Positions 1 through 7,511 of a stretch of 24,000 nucleotides of DNA are shown here, one piece after another (positions within the stretch are counted from its first letter, which is position 1; the number at the start of each line of letters is the position of its first letter). Both the position numbers and the translations under genes were made by a program. The notes beneath the pieces are model-generated. The model was not told where the DNA came from. It worked only from the letters and a program-made list of their open reading frames with translations, and did no database searches. The DNA comes from an uncultured Hyphomicrobiales bacterium (GTDB lineage Bacteria; Pseudomonadota; Alphaproteobacteria; Rhizobiales; Stappiaceae). The stretch spans positions 173,366-197,365 of the forward strand of contig CAYXAA010000001.1 in NCBI GenBank assembly GCA_964462985.1, in the 5' to 3' direction.

Positions 1-700
1 CGGCGAAGCTGTAGCCGCCGCCCCAATGGGTCTTGATCAGCACAGGGTTGCGCGGATCGGCTTCTATCTTGCGGCGCAACCGGCTGACTTGATTGTCGAT
101 GCTGCGGTCGTAGACGTCCGCCGTCCGCCCCACCGTGAGGTCAAGCAGCTGCTCCCGGGTCAGCACCACGCCGGGATGGTCGATGAGGACATTGAGCAGG
201 CGGAACTCGGCCGTGCTGAGCGGCACCGCCATGCCGTCACTTGTGACAAGCTCGCGCCGGCCAACGTCGAGCGTCCAACGGTCGAACCGGATCGACTTGC
301 TGCGCGGGAGTGCCTGCCGGAGCGGCAGGCTGTTGGCGCGCCGCAGCACGGCCTTGATCCGGGCGAGCAGCTCCCGCGGATTGAATGGCTTCGTCAGATA
401 ATCGTCAGCGCCCATCTCCAACCCGACGATCCGGTCGGTCTCCTCGGCGATCGCCGTCAGGAGAATGATGGGCAGATTGGTTGTAGAGCGCAGATCGCGA
501 CAGACCGCCAGTCCGTCCTCGCCGGGCATCATGATGTCGAGGACCACGAGGTCGAGCGTGCTGCGCTGAAGAAGGCGGCGCAGGGCCGCGGCACTGTCCG
601 CGGCACTCACCCTGTACCCATGTTCGCCGAGATACCGAGCGACCAGTTCCCGGATGTCGCCGTGATCGTCGACGATTGCGATATGCGGGATCGGATCCAT
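1..700 (-). CDS. OmpR/PhoB-family two-component response regulator (C-terminal end runs off the left edge of the window)
   Basis: Absent from the ORF track because no stop lies inside the window. My reverse-complement translation from the ATG at 698-700 gives MDPIPHIAIVDDHGDIRELVARYLGEHGYRVSAADSAAALRRLLQRSTLDLVVLDIMMPGEDGLAVC...LTKPF. This is a receiver domain with an acidic pocket, the phospho-Asp in VLDIMMP and the conserved Lys. A winged-helix output domain follows (STAEFRLLNVLIDHPGVVLTREQLL...NQVSRLRRKIE...GGGYSF). The + strand ORF 26..805 is its antisense shadow. Confidence 0.9.
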   Translation of the reverse strand, partial: MDPIPHIAIVDDHGDIRELVARYLGEHGYRVSAADSAAALRRLLQRSTLDLVVLDIMMPGEDGLAVCRDLRSTTNLPIILLTAIAEETDRIVGLEMGADDYLTKPFNPRELLARIKAVLRRANSLPLRQALPRSKSIRFDRWTLDVGRRELVTSDGMAVPLSTAEFRLLNVLIDHPGVVLTREQLLDLTVGRTADVYDRSIDNQVSRLRRKIEADPRNPVLIKTHWGGGYSFA

Positions 701-979
701 CAGCCTTGCCTATTGAAGTCCGAAATCATGCCCGCCGCATCGGCGGATCAGCCTGACTTTGCATCAAACTATGTCATCCGGGGGACCCGAGACAGCTCGC
801 GATAGTTGCCCTTCCGGCCGGCAAAGTTCTGCGACAGCCTCGTGCCATTGTCTGGCCATCGGCTGGGCAGGCTCCGGCGCCGCCCCGGCACAACAACGCG
901 CGGGCCGCCATCGCCTGCAGTCACCCCGGGGGCGTTGCAACCGAAGGTCCGGACGGACCGGTCGGCCAGGAGACGCAGG

Positions 980-1237
980 ATGCAGCACAACTTCATCGAG
1001 TACAACTGGCGCGATCACGTGCCGTCGCTGCAGCCGGTCGATGTGGCGCTCGGCGCAGTGGTCGGGCTCGTGTTGGCACTGTCATTTCTGCTTGAGCCAT
1101 TCCACCTGAACAGCAGTCGGAATGGAGCCGCCGCCGCGGCGCAGGAGGCAATCGGCCGCTCCACACCCGTCCCGGGCTTGTCGGGCGTGCCGACCGGCGC
1201 CCCGGCGGCCGAATGCAGCCCCAAAAGCCATCGGTGA
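980..1237 (+). CDS. hypothetical small single-pass membrane protein (85 aa), family not recognised
   Basis: This is the internal Met of track ORF 806..1237. AGGAGA (968-973) lies 6 nt upstream of the ATG at 980. My hand count of third-position GC is about 80%, versus about 67% in frames I judged non-coding. There is one hydrophobic helix (VDVALGAVVGLVLALSFLL). The ORF ends 34 nt before the cytochrome c gene on the same strand. The true start could lie further upstream in the same frame. Confidence 0.4.
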   Translation: MQHNFIEYNWRDHVPSLQPVDVALGAVVGLVLALSFLLEPFHLNSSRNGAAAAAQEAIGRSTPVPGLSGVPTGAPAAECSPKSHR

Positions 1238-1271
1238 GAATGCATCGTTCTGAACAGCACAGGACCGCCTC

Positions 1272-1664
1272 ATGATACCAAGTGTGCTTGCGTTTGCGGC
1301 CGCAGCCGCCTTCATCGCATCAATGAACATCGCCCCCACCCGCGCGCAGGAAGCCACTGCCGAGGGCGAACGGGAATTCCGCGCCCGATGCGCGAGTTGT
1401 CACAGCACGACTGCCGGCGACAACCGTGTCGGTCCGCATCTGGAAGGGGTATTTGGCCGCGAGGCCGGTTCCGTCGAGGGAGCCCGCTATTCAAGGGCCA
1501 TGAGTCAATCCACACTCGTATGGGAGGAGGAAACGCTGGACGCCTATCTTGCCAACCCGCGGCAGACGGTGCCCGGGACGAGCATGCCCGTGGGCGTTAC
1601 TGACGCCCGGCGGCGCGCCCTGGTGATCGACTATCTGCGCGGGCTCTCAACCGACCAGGATTGA
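1272..1664 (+). CDS. class I c-type cytochrome (cytochrome c2/c550-like), secreted
   Basis: N-terminal signal peptide (MIPSVLAFAAAAAFIASMNIAPTRAQE). Heme-binding CXXCH motif (CASCH). Mitochondrial-type pattern GPHLEGVFGREAGS...YS...W.EETLDAYLANP...VPGTSMP with the axial Met. AGGA lies 7 nt upstream of the ATG. Confidence 0.9.
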   Translation: MIPSVLAFAAAAAFIASMNIAPTRAQEATAEGEREFRARCASCHSTTAGDNRVGPHLEGVFGREAGSVEGARYSRAMSQSTLVWEEETLDAYLANPRQTVPGTSMPVGVTDARRRALVIDYLRGLSTDQD

Positions 1665-1705
1665 CGCTCCGAGCGAGCGCACCCACGCGAGGGCAGTAGC
1701 CGGGT

Positions 1706-3334
1706 TCAACCGTGGATGTCGGTATGCGGCTTCAACGGCATGTCGTCGCGGGGAGACACGGTCTGGCGCTCGATCATGCGGTGAACACGCGGTGGCTGCG
1801 GCATCCGGTGCAGCTTCCGCAATGTTTCGTTGATTTCTGCATCCGCGCGAGTCCGGCGCTGGTTGTGGCGGATATACTCCACCCACGTGGGTACGTGATA
1901 ACTCTCGGTCCACCTTTCGGGATTCTCGAGATCCCTCAACAGCGCCCACCGCCGCGCACCGTCGCGAATCCGCACGCGCCGGCGAAGAGCCATCGTCGCG
2001 AGAAACTTCGGCACGTCCTCCTGGTCAATGACGTAGTCAATCATAATCATGATCGGCCCGCTGCGCGCCTTGAGATCCAATTTGAGGTACGGCTCGCGGA
2101 ACTGATCGAGCGGCGAAAGATCAAGCGATCCGAAGTCCGGCGTCTTAAACAGCAGGCCGATTAGGGCACAGGCTGCCAACCCGAAGCCTGCCGCCGTCAG
2201 CGCCACCTCAACACCATACCCCGTGGCAACGCCGCCCCAAACCCAGCTTCCTACCGCCATGCCGCCGAAGGTCGCCGTCTGGTAAATGGACAACGTTCGG
2301 CCCACGACCCAGCGGGGCGTCGACAACTGCACGACGGCATTGAACAGCGACAGCGAAACCACCCAGCTCGCACCGGCGGGCACGAGCAGGAAGTGGCTGA
2401 GCACGACGCTGTCGCTCATCGCGAGGAACACGACGCTTGCAGCAAAGACGGTCGACGCCGTCCGCACGACACCTTCGTTGTCGAAGCGGTTGCGCAAAGG
2501 AGCGTTGATCGCCGCACCGCATATGCCTCCTGCGCCAAAGGCGCCGAGAAGCCCGCCGTAGGTCAGAGGACCGCCGGACAAGAGGTCACTCGCGACGACC
2601 GGCAGCAGCGCAAGGACGGCGATCGCCGACAGGCCGAACAGAAAGGCCCTCGCCATGACTGTCATCAGGTTGGGCGACATGGACACGTAGCGAAGGCCGG
2701 CGGCAATTGCGCTCGGAAACCGCTCTCGCGGCAGCGTGGTTTTGGGATAGTTCGGCTTCCAGCGCAGCAGCGCCGCGATGACCGGCAAATAGCTCAGCGC
2801 GTTGAAGGCAAAGGCGACGGCGGCGCCCGCCACCGCGACCGTGAGGCCGCCAATGGCAGGCCCGATGGAGCGCATGAGGTTGAAGCCCATGCTGTTGAGC
2901 GCGACAGCGCCTGGGATATCCTGGCGCGGAACCAGATCCCCAATCGACGCCTGCCATGACGGGTTGTGCAGGGCGGTTCCAGATCCGACGAGGAAGGTCA
3001 GCGCGAGCAGCAACCAGGGCGTCAGCATCCCGGCAAAGGCTGCTGCCCAAAGGATCCCCGACGCAACGAGCATCAGGGTCTGCGCCGCCACCATTACCCG
3101 CCGCCGGTCCAGACTGTCCGCCAACGCCCCCGAGCCAATGGACAGAAGCATGATCGGCAGTGTCGTCGCAGCCTGAACAAGGGCGACCATATGCGGGGAA
3201 TCGGTCAGAGTCGTCATGACCCAGCCGGCCGCGACGGCCTGCACCAGTCCCCCGAGATTGGAAATGAGGCTCGCCAGCCAGAGAAGCCGAAAATCCCGAT
3301 ACTGCAGCGGCGCAAACATCGTCGGCACAGGCAT
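1706..3334 (-). CDS. MFS transporter (EntS/MFS_3-like 12-TM core) with a 146-aa soluble C-terminal extension
   Basis: Typical N-terminus FAPLQYRDFRLLWLASLISNLGGLVQAVAAGWVM followed by a multi-TM profile across about 400 aa. The start is uncertain: ATGs at 3346, 3334 and 3319 are all in frame. I chose 3334 because AGAGGG lies just upstream. The track start at 3400 is probably too long. The C-terminal tail (1706-2146) is hydrophilic. Confidence 0.85.
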   Translation of the reverse strand: MPVPTMFAPLQYRDFRLLWLASLISNLGGLVQAVAAGWVMTTLTDSPHMVALVQAATTLPIMLLSIGSGALADSLDRRRVMVAAQTLMLVASGILWAAAFAGMLTPWLLLALTFLVGSGTALHNPSWQASIGDLVPRQDIPGAVALNSMGFNLMRSIGPAIGGLTVAVAGAAVAFAFNALSYLPVIAALLRWKPNYPKTTLPRERFPSAIAAGLRYVSMSPNLMTVMARAFLFGLSAIAVLALLPVVASDLLSGGPLTYGGLLGAFGAGGICGAAINAPLRNRFDNEGVVRTASTVFAASVVFLAMSDSVVLSHFLLVPAGASWVVSLSLFNAVVQLSTPRWVVGRTLSIYQTATFGGMAVGSWVWGGVATGYGVEVALTAAGFGLAACALIGLLFKTPDFGSLDLSPLDQFREPYLKLDLKARSGPIMIMIDYVIDQEDVPKFLATMALRRRVRIRDGARRWALLRDLENPERWTESYHVPTWVEYIRHNQRRTRADAEINETLRKLHRMPQPPRVHRMIERQTVSPRDDMPLKPHTDIHG

Positions 3335-3639
3335 CGACCCTCTCATCGGCGTTGAACAGCCAGAAATAGACGCGCTCCGGCTGCGTACCGCAACCCTCAA
3401 CAGGCTGGCGACGCCCGTTCACGCGCGAGCTCCCCTGGACCGGGACGAGGCGAGCATGGGCAATCACCCTTTCCGCATACGGTGCAAATCGGGAACAACG
3501 GAGGCGCTGCCACGATTACCGGCGCAGCCGCAACACGGCGAGTGCGCCACAACTTCTCAATTGTCTCCGGCCGAGGAGACGCTCGCCGATCCCGCCATCA
3601 AGAGACCTCCGCCCGCCGTAGGGCGCGAGCCGGATCGTG

Positions 3640-4404
3640 TCAAAGGCAGGCCGTGATGCCGCCATCAACGTACAGGATGTGCCCATTCACGAAGGTCGAC
3701 GCGGGAGCGGCCAGGAATACGGCTGCACCGACCAGTTCCTCGACGTTCCCCCATCGCCGGGCCGGAGTGCGGGTTTCCAGCCACGCAGAGAACTCGGGAT
3801 CGTCGACCAGGGCCTGGTTGAGCGGCGTCTTGAAATAGCCTGGTGCGATAGCGTTGACCTGAATGCCGAATCGCGCCCAGTCGGTGCACATGCCGCGCGT
3901 CAGATTGCGCACCGCACCCTTGGTCGCGGTGTAAGGCGCGATGCCCGGACGCGCCAGCTCGCTCTGGAGGGAGGCAATGTTGATGATCTTACCGTGCCCG
4001 CGCTCGATCATATGCCGCGCCGCAGCCTGGCCGACATAGAAAACGCTGGATACATTGGTTTTCAGCAGCTGCTCCCAACGGTCGGCGGGATACTCCTGAA
4101 GCGGCGTGCGGAACTGCATACCGGCGTTGTTGACGAGGATGTCGATCGCGCCGATGTCCCGCTCGATGCGGTCGACGCCATCCTTCACGGCCTCCGGGTT
4201 GGTCACGTCGAAGGGAGCCACGGCAGCCTCCAGCCCTTTGGCGCGCAACGCCTCTGCCGCCGCACCCAGCCTGACCGCGTCGCGTCCGTTGAGTACGATC
4301 GCCGCGCCATGTTCCGCCAGGCCCTGCGCCAATGCATGACCGATGCCCTGGCTCGAGCCGGTCACCAGCGCGCGCCTGCCCGTCAGATCAAACAATGAAC
4401 TCAC
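3640..4404 (-). CDS. SDR-family oxidoreductase, gluconate 5-dehydrogenase (IdnO/Gno)-like
   Basis: Contains TGSSQGIG (TGxxxGIG), NNAG, the catalytic Ser...YTATK (YxxxK) and the PG motif. The C-terminal half is close to the E. coli IdnO sequence as I remember it (SLQSELARPGIAPYTATKGAVRNLTRGMC...IQVNAIAPGYFKT...RTPARRWG...FVNGHILYVDGG). I call a GTG start at 4404, with GGGAGG 4 nt upstream. The track's 83-codon N-terminal extension (4405-4653) has only about 66% GC3 by hand count, so I trimmed it. Confidence 0.85.
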   Translation of the reverse strand: MSSLFDLTGRRALVTGSSQGIGHALAQGLAEHGAAIVLNGRDAVRLGAAAEALRAKGLEAAVAPFDVTNPEAVKDGVDRIERDIGAIDILVNNAGMQFRTPLQEYPADRWEQLLKTNVSSVFYVGQAAARHMIERGHGKIINIASLQSELARPGIAPYTATKGAVRNLTRGMCTDWARFGIQVNAIAPGYFKTPLNQALVDDPEFSAWLETRTPARRWGNVEELVGAAVFLAAPASTFVNGHILYVDGGITACL

Positions 4405-4649
4405 CGGCCCCTCCCGAAGGATCACCCTTGCCGCCCCACCCACCCACTGCGCACGGAGCCTGTGTACATGCACCCGGACTGGATGGTGGTGGCGGAAACC
4501 ACTTTCTACGGTCCTGGCTTTGCCTTCAACGATGAACAGCCGCCCCCACTGTTGTCGTTGCCCCGGACCGGATGGTGCCGAAGTCCGAAGTGCCGCCACC
4601 CGGGCCAACCGTTCCGAGGGCCTGCCTCCATTGTTGATGGCCGCGATTT

Positions 4650-6311
4650 TCAATCGCCGACGATCGCCTTAAGCCTCGTCTTTTGCAGAAGGCCTCGCTC
4701 CTCGAGGATCGGGTATGCTATCGACGCGAGGAGCGAGTTGATCTGCTTCAGATCGCGGATCGTGTCGAGATGAAGCGCGCTGGTCTCAACGCTCCTGACG
4801 GAGCCGTCGCGTAGCCGTTCGAAATGGCGCCGGCTCGTGTCTTTTTCGACATCGCGCAGGCGATCTTTCTCCTGGACGAGTTGCCGAGCCGTTTCGAGGT
4901 CGCGTGTAATCAGCACGTTGAACGCCATGCGACCGTTGGCAAGCACGGCTGCGTGCAGCGCTGTCAGTTCACGCCAGCCTTCAGGCGAGAAGGCCAGGCG
5001 CCGCTCCATCTTCTTCGTGACGTGGACGAGCATGTTCCGCACGATGATGTCGCCCACCTGCTCCAGTTTGACGCAGGCGCCTAGAAGTTCCTGCATCCGA
5101 AGCACGTCCTGCTCCGCCATCTGCCCAGTGGCGATCTTGGCGAGGTAGAGCTTGATGGCGGCGTGGCGGCGATCGACGCGGTCGTCCAGGGCCGCGAGCT
5201 CCTTGGCGCGGTCGCGGTCCGGTTCCTCATAGAGCTCCATGACGTCGCGCAGCATGACCTCGACCGTTTCGCACAGGCCGACGACCTCACGGGTGGCATT
5301 GGCAAGGGCCTGGCGGGGATCAGCGAGCGCCGCGGGATCGAGCGCCGATGCTTCCGCTTCTATCGGCCCGCGCGGTGCGGCCCGCGTCAGGACCGCCGCC
5401 AGGCCCTGGTTCACCGAGCTCACGAGCGGCGCTCCAAACAGCACGAGCAAGAAGTTGAATGCGATATGCGCGTGTACCACCTGCTGGACCGGGTCGGCCC
5501 CGAGCGCCTGAACCGGCAGGTTGAAAAGAAGCAGCGCAGCCAACGCGATCACCGCACCGGTTCCGCGCAGGACAAGATTACCGAGCGGAACCGCGCGAGC
5601 CGCAGGAGGATAGGCGCGCGAGAGCATGACGGCGATGATCCCGCCACCAAGATTGGCACCGAGGACCATGACGATGCCCAGTTCCCCCGGCAGCAGTCCA
5701 CGCGCCGCGAGAGAGGCGACCAACAGGATCGCGGCCACACTGGAGTGGAACAGCCAGGTAGCGACGGCGGCAAGGAGAAATGCCGTCACGGGATCGCCGG
5801 CGAGGTAGTTCACCACCAGGGGAAGGATCCGGCTTTCACGCAGCGGCTCGGCCGCCTCTCCGATCAAGCGCAGCGAGAGGAGCAGGAGGCCAACGCCAAC
5901 CAGGATGCGGCCAAACTGCCGCCACGAGCGTCGATCCGTGGCAAGAAAGACGGTGGTTCCCACGAAGAGCAGGATCGGCACGAGCGGCTCGAGATCAACG
6001 GACAGCGCTTTCACGACGAGCGCCGATCCGAGATCTGCACCGAGAACCGCGATGAGACCTGGAGCGCCGCCGACGAGTCCGCTCGCTGCGAAGGAGGCGA
6101 CCAAAAGGCTTACAGCCGTCGCGCTCTGCAGCGCGATCGCCAGCAGCATCCCGGCGAGGGCGGCAAGCAGCGGTTTGCGCAGGGTCGAGCGCAACCGCCG
6201 GCGCAGTACGTCACCGTAAGCCCGTTCGACGCCGGTGCGCACCATGCGGGTTGCCCAAAGGAGGAGCGCGACGGCGCCTGCAAGATGCAACAGGATCAGG
6301 GAGCCGCTCAC
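4650..6311 (-). CDS. Na+/phosphate cotransporter family protein with C-terminal PhoU-like domain (YjbB/NptA-like)
   Basis: GTG start at 6311 with GGAGGA 5 nt upstream. The N-terminal ~340 aa are polytopic membrane (LLLWATRMVRTGVERAYG..., GANLGGG). The C-terminal ~200 aa are helical and charged, resembling PhoU repeats (DRVDRRHAAIKLYLAKI..., ...HLDTIRDLKQINS). Confidence 0.85.
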   Translation of the reverse strand: MSGSLILLHLAGAVALLLWATRMVRTGVERAYGDVLRRRLRSTLRKPLLAALAGMLLAIALQSATAVSLLVASFAASGLVGGAPGLIAVLGADLGSALVVKALSVDLEPLVPILLFVGTTVFLATDRRSWRQFGRILVGVGLLLLSLRLIGEAAEPLRESRILPLVVNYLAGDPVTAFLLAAVATWLFHSSVAAILLVASLAARGLLPGELGIVMVLGANLGGGIIAVMLSRAYPPAARAVPLGNLVLRGTGAVIALAALLLFNLPVQALGADPVQQVVHAHIAFNFLLVLFGAPLVSSVNQGLAAVLTRAAPRGPIEAEASALDPAALADPRQALANATREVVGLCETVEVMLRDVMELYEEPDRDRAKELAALDDRVDRRHAAIKLYLAKIATGQMAEQDVLRMQELLGACVKLEQVGDIIVRNMLVHVTKKMERRLAFSPEGWRELTALHAAVLANGRMAFNVLITRDLETARQLVQEKDRLRDVEKDTSRRHFERLRDGSVRSVETSALHLDTIRDLKQINSLLASIAYPILEERGLLQKTRLKAIVGD

Positions 6312-6478
6312 AGAATCCTCCGAATGCGTGGGAACGGTGGAAGCATCGTCGCGACCGAAGGCGTTCGTGCCGCGAAGGGCTGCGAAGCCGGACGCAACTT
6401 CGATACAGCTCCGACCAACGTGTCCGGGCGTCCAGGGTTCCGCACACCGCGACAGCCGCTACCGGCGCCGAGTGCTCG

Positions 6479-6544
6479 GGTATCAGGACCGAAACCGGGC
6501 GCCGAATTGGCTCTGATACCCCGATGGTGCTTGGACCATCGGGG
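6479..6544. repeat. tandem perfect inverted repeats (two adjacent hairpins) in a gene-free spacer
   Basis: First hairpin: GGTATCAG (6479-6486) pairs with CTGATACC (6513-6520). Second hairpin, immediately adjacent: CCCCGATGGT (6519-6528) pairs with ACCATCGGGG (6535-6544) around a 6-nt loop. The pairings are read directly from the sequence. The function is unknown. Confidence 0.5.
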
Positions 6545-7045
6545 GTGGGCGCCGGACGCCGCAGGGCGCCAAGACGGCGCGGCATTCATGACCAGGCTCA
6601 TAGCACCTCACTGCGCACCATCGATGGCAGGGCGCCGACCTGCCGCACCGGCTTCATGGAACGACGAGGAACGATGAGCCAGGTGCACGGCTGAACTTCG
6701 CCGCAAGGTCGGCACCGAACAATCTGCGACTGCACTTTGCCGGCCCTGCTTCCGGACGGCACGCGCGGCGACGCGCTCTCCATCTCGCCTCACCGCTACC
6801 GAAAGCAGCCACCGATCGGCCGAGTTTCACCTCGGCAACCTCAGCCATTGCCGGGTGGCAGCGGTTGTGCGCACTCCAACATATTCTGATCCGCAGCTTG
6901 TTCAAAGGGCGACGGGGGTGGTCACGCCGTCAGGTTCATAAGGCGCGTCAACCCGCTGCCCGGACGTCCCGGACAAATGTCCCGCAGCAAACCGTTTCAA
7001 AACGCCGCCCTGAACGGCAGGATCCGGCCAAATTTTCATGAAAAA

Positions 7046-7122
7046 TGGCGCGCCCGAAAGGATTCGAACCTCTGACCCCCAGATTCGTAGTCTGGTGCTC
7101 TATCCAGCTGAGCTACGGGCGC
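7046..7122 (-). tRNA. tRNA-Arg (anticodon ACG), 77 nt with encoded CCA
   Basis: The reverse complement reads GCGCCCG-TA-GCTC-AGCTGGATA-GAGC-A-CCAGA-CTACGAA-TCTGG-GGGTC-AGAGG-TTCGAAT-CCTTT-CGGGCGC-G-CCA. This folds into a full cloverleaf with a 7-bp acceptor stem, a TTCGAAT T-loop and the anticodon loop CT-ACG-AA. Confidence 0.95.
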
Positions 7123-7511
7123 TTGCCGATGTACCGCGGCGTCGACGGGGTCGACCCGGGCTGCCGCCGGACAGCGGTCCGGCGCCGTTCGCGAGCAAGC
7201 CGCGAACAGGGCGCTACGTCTACCCCGGCCGCCGGGGGAATGCAAGACACGGGATATGGATTTTTCCACTGCCGAAACACCGGCAGCAGACGGCCGGTTC
7301 GGGACTGTCGCAGGTGCACGGCGCCGCAAATCGGATGGCATCGCCGCTCCGCGCTGCAGTCATAAAACGAGCAGCGTCCGCCGATGCTCACTGAAATCTT
7401 GCCCGAACTCCTGGGTCCGATCCGGCGTTCGGGCCGTCTCCCCGCCTACGGAAGGCCTACCCTCTCCTCCGGCGCTTGCAGCCGGCGCGCTGCCCTTGAC
7501 GGTGATCGAAG

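Noticed and set aside
4405-4653. N-terminal extensions of track ORFs: SDR 4405-4653, reductase 10654-10812, dapD 18647-18748, truA 23558-23668, EamA 19111-19167.
   Set aside because: The extensions are Arg/Pro/Cys-rich, have low third-position GC and precede canonical family N-termini that have their own start codons. For the SDR and the membrane proteins those starts also have SD sequences.
6308-6601. 97-aa minus-strand ORF whose TGA overlaps the GTG start of the Na/Pi transporter gene as GTGA. This looks like translational coupling with an upstream gene.
   Set aside because: My hand count gives third-position GC of about 67%, the background level, versus 80-90% in real genes here. The sequence is Pro/Arg/Gly/Ser-rich with no hydrophobic core, and the tandem hairpins lie inside it. 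It is more likely 5' UTR than a gene.
5163-6677. 504-aa plus-strand ORF.
   Set aside because: It is antisense to the Na/Pi cotransporter gene. Its composition is dominated by Arg/Gln/Asp/Glu/Gly and shows no domain-like pattern.
7033-7122. tRNA-Arg as an integration hotspot, which would imply a genomic island next to it.
   Set aside because: There is no integrase, no phage or plasmid gene and no direct repeat of the tRNA 3' end anywhere I could see in the window. The flanking genes look like ordinary chromosomal genes. Only the long empty spacers remain notable, and they are reported separately.
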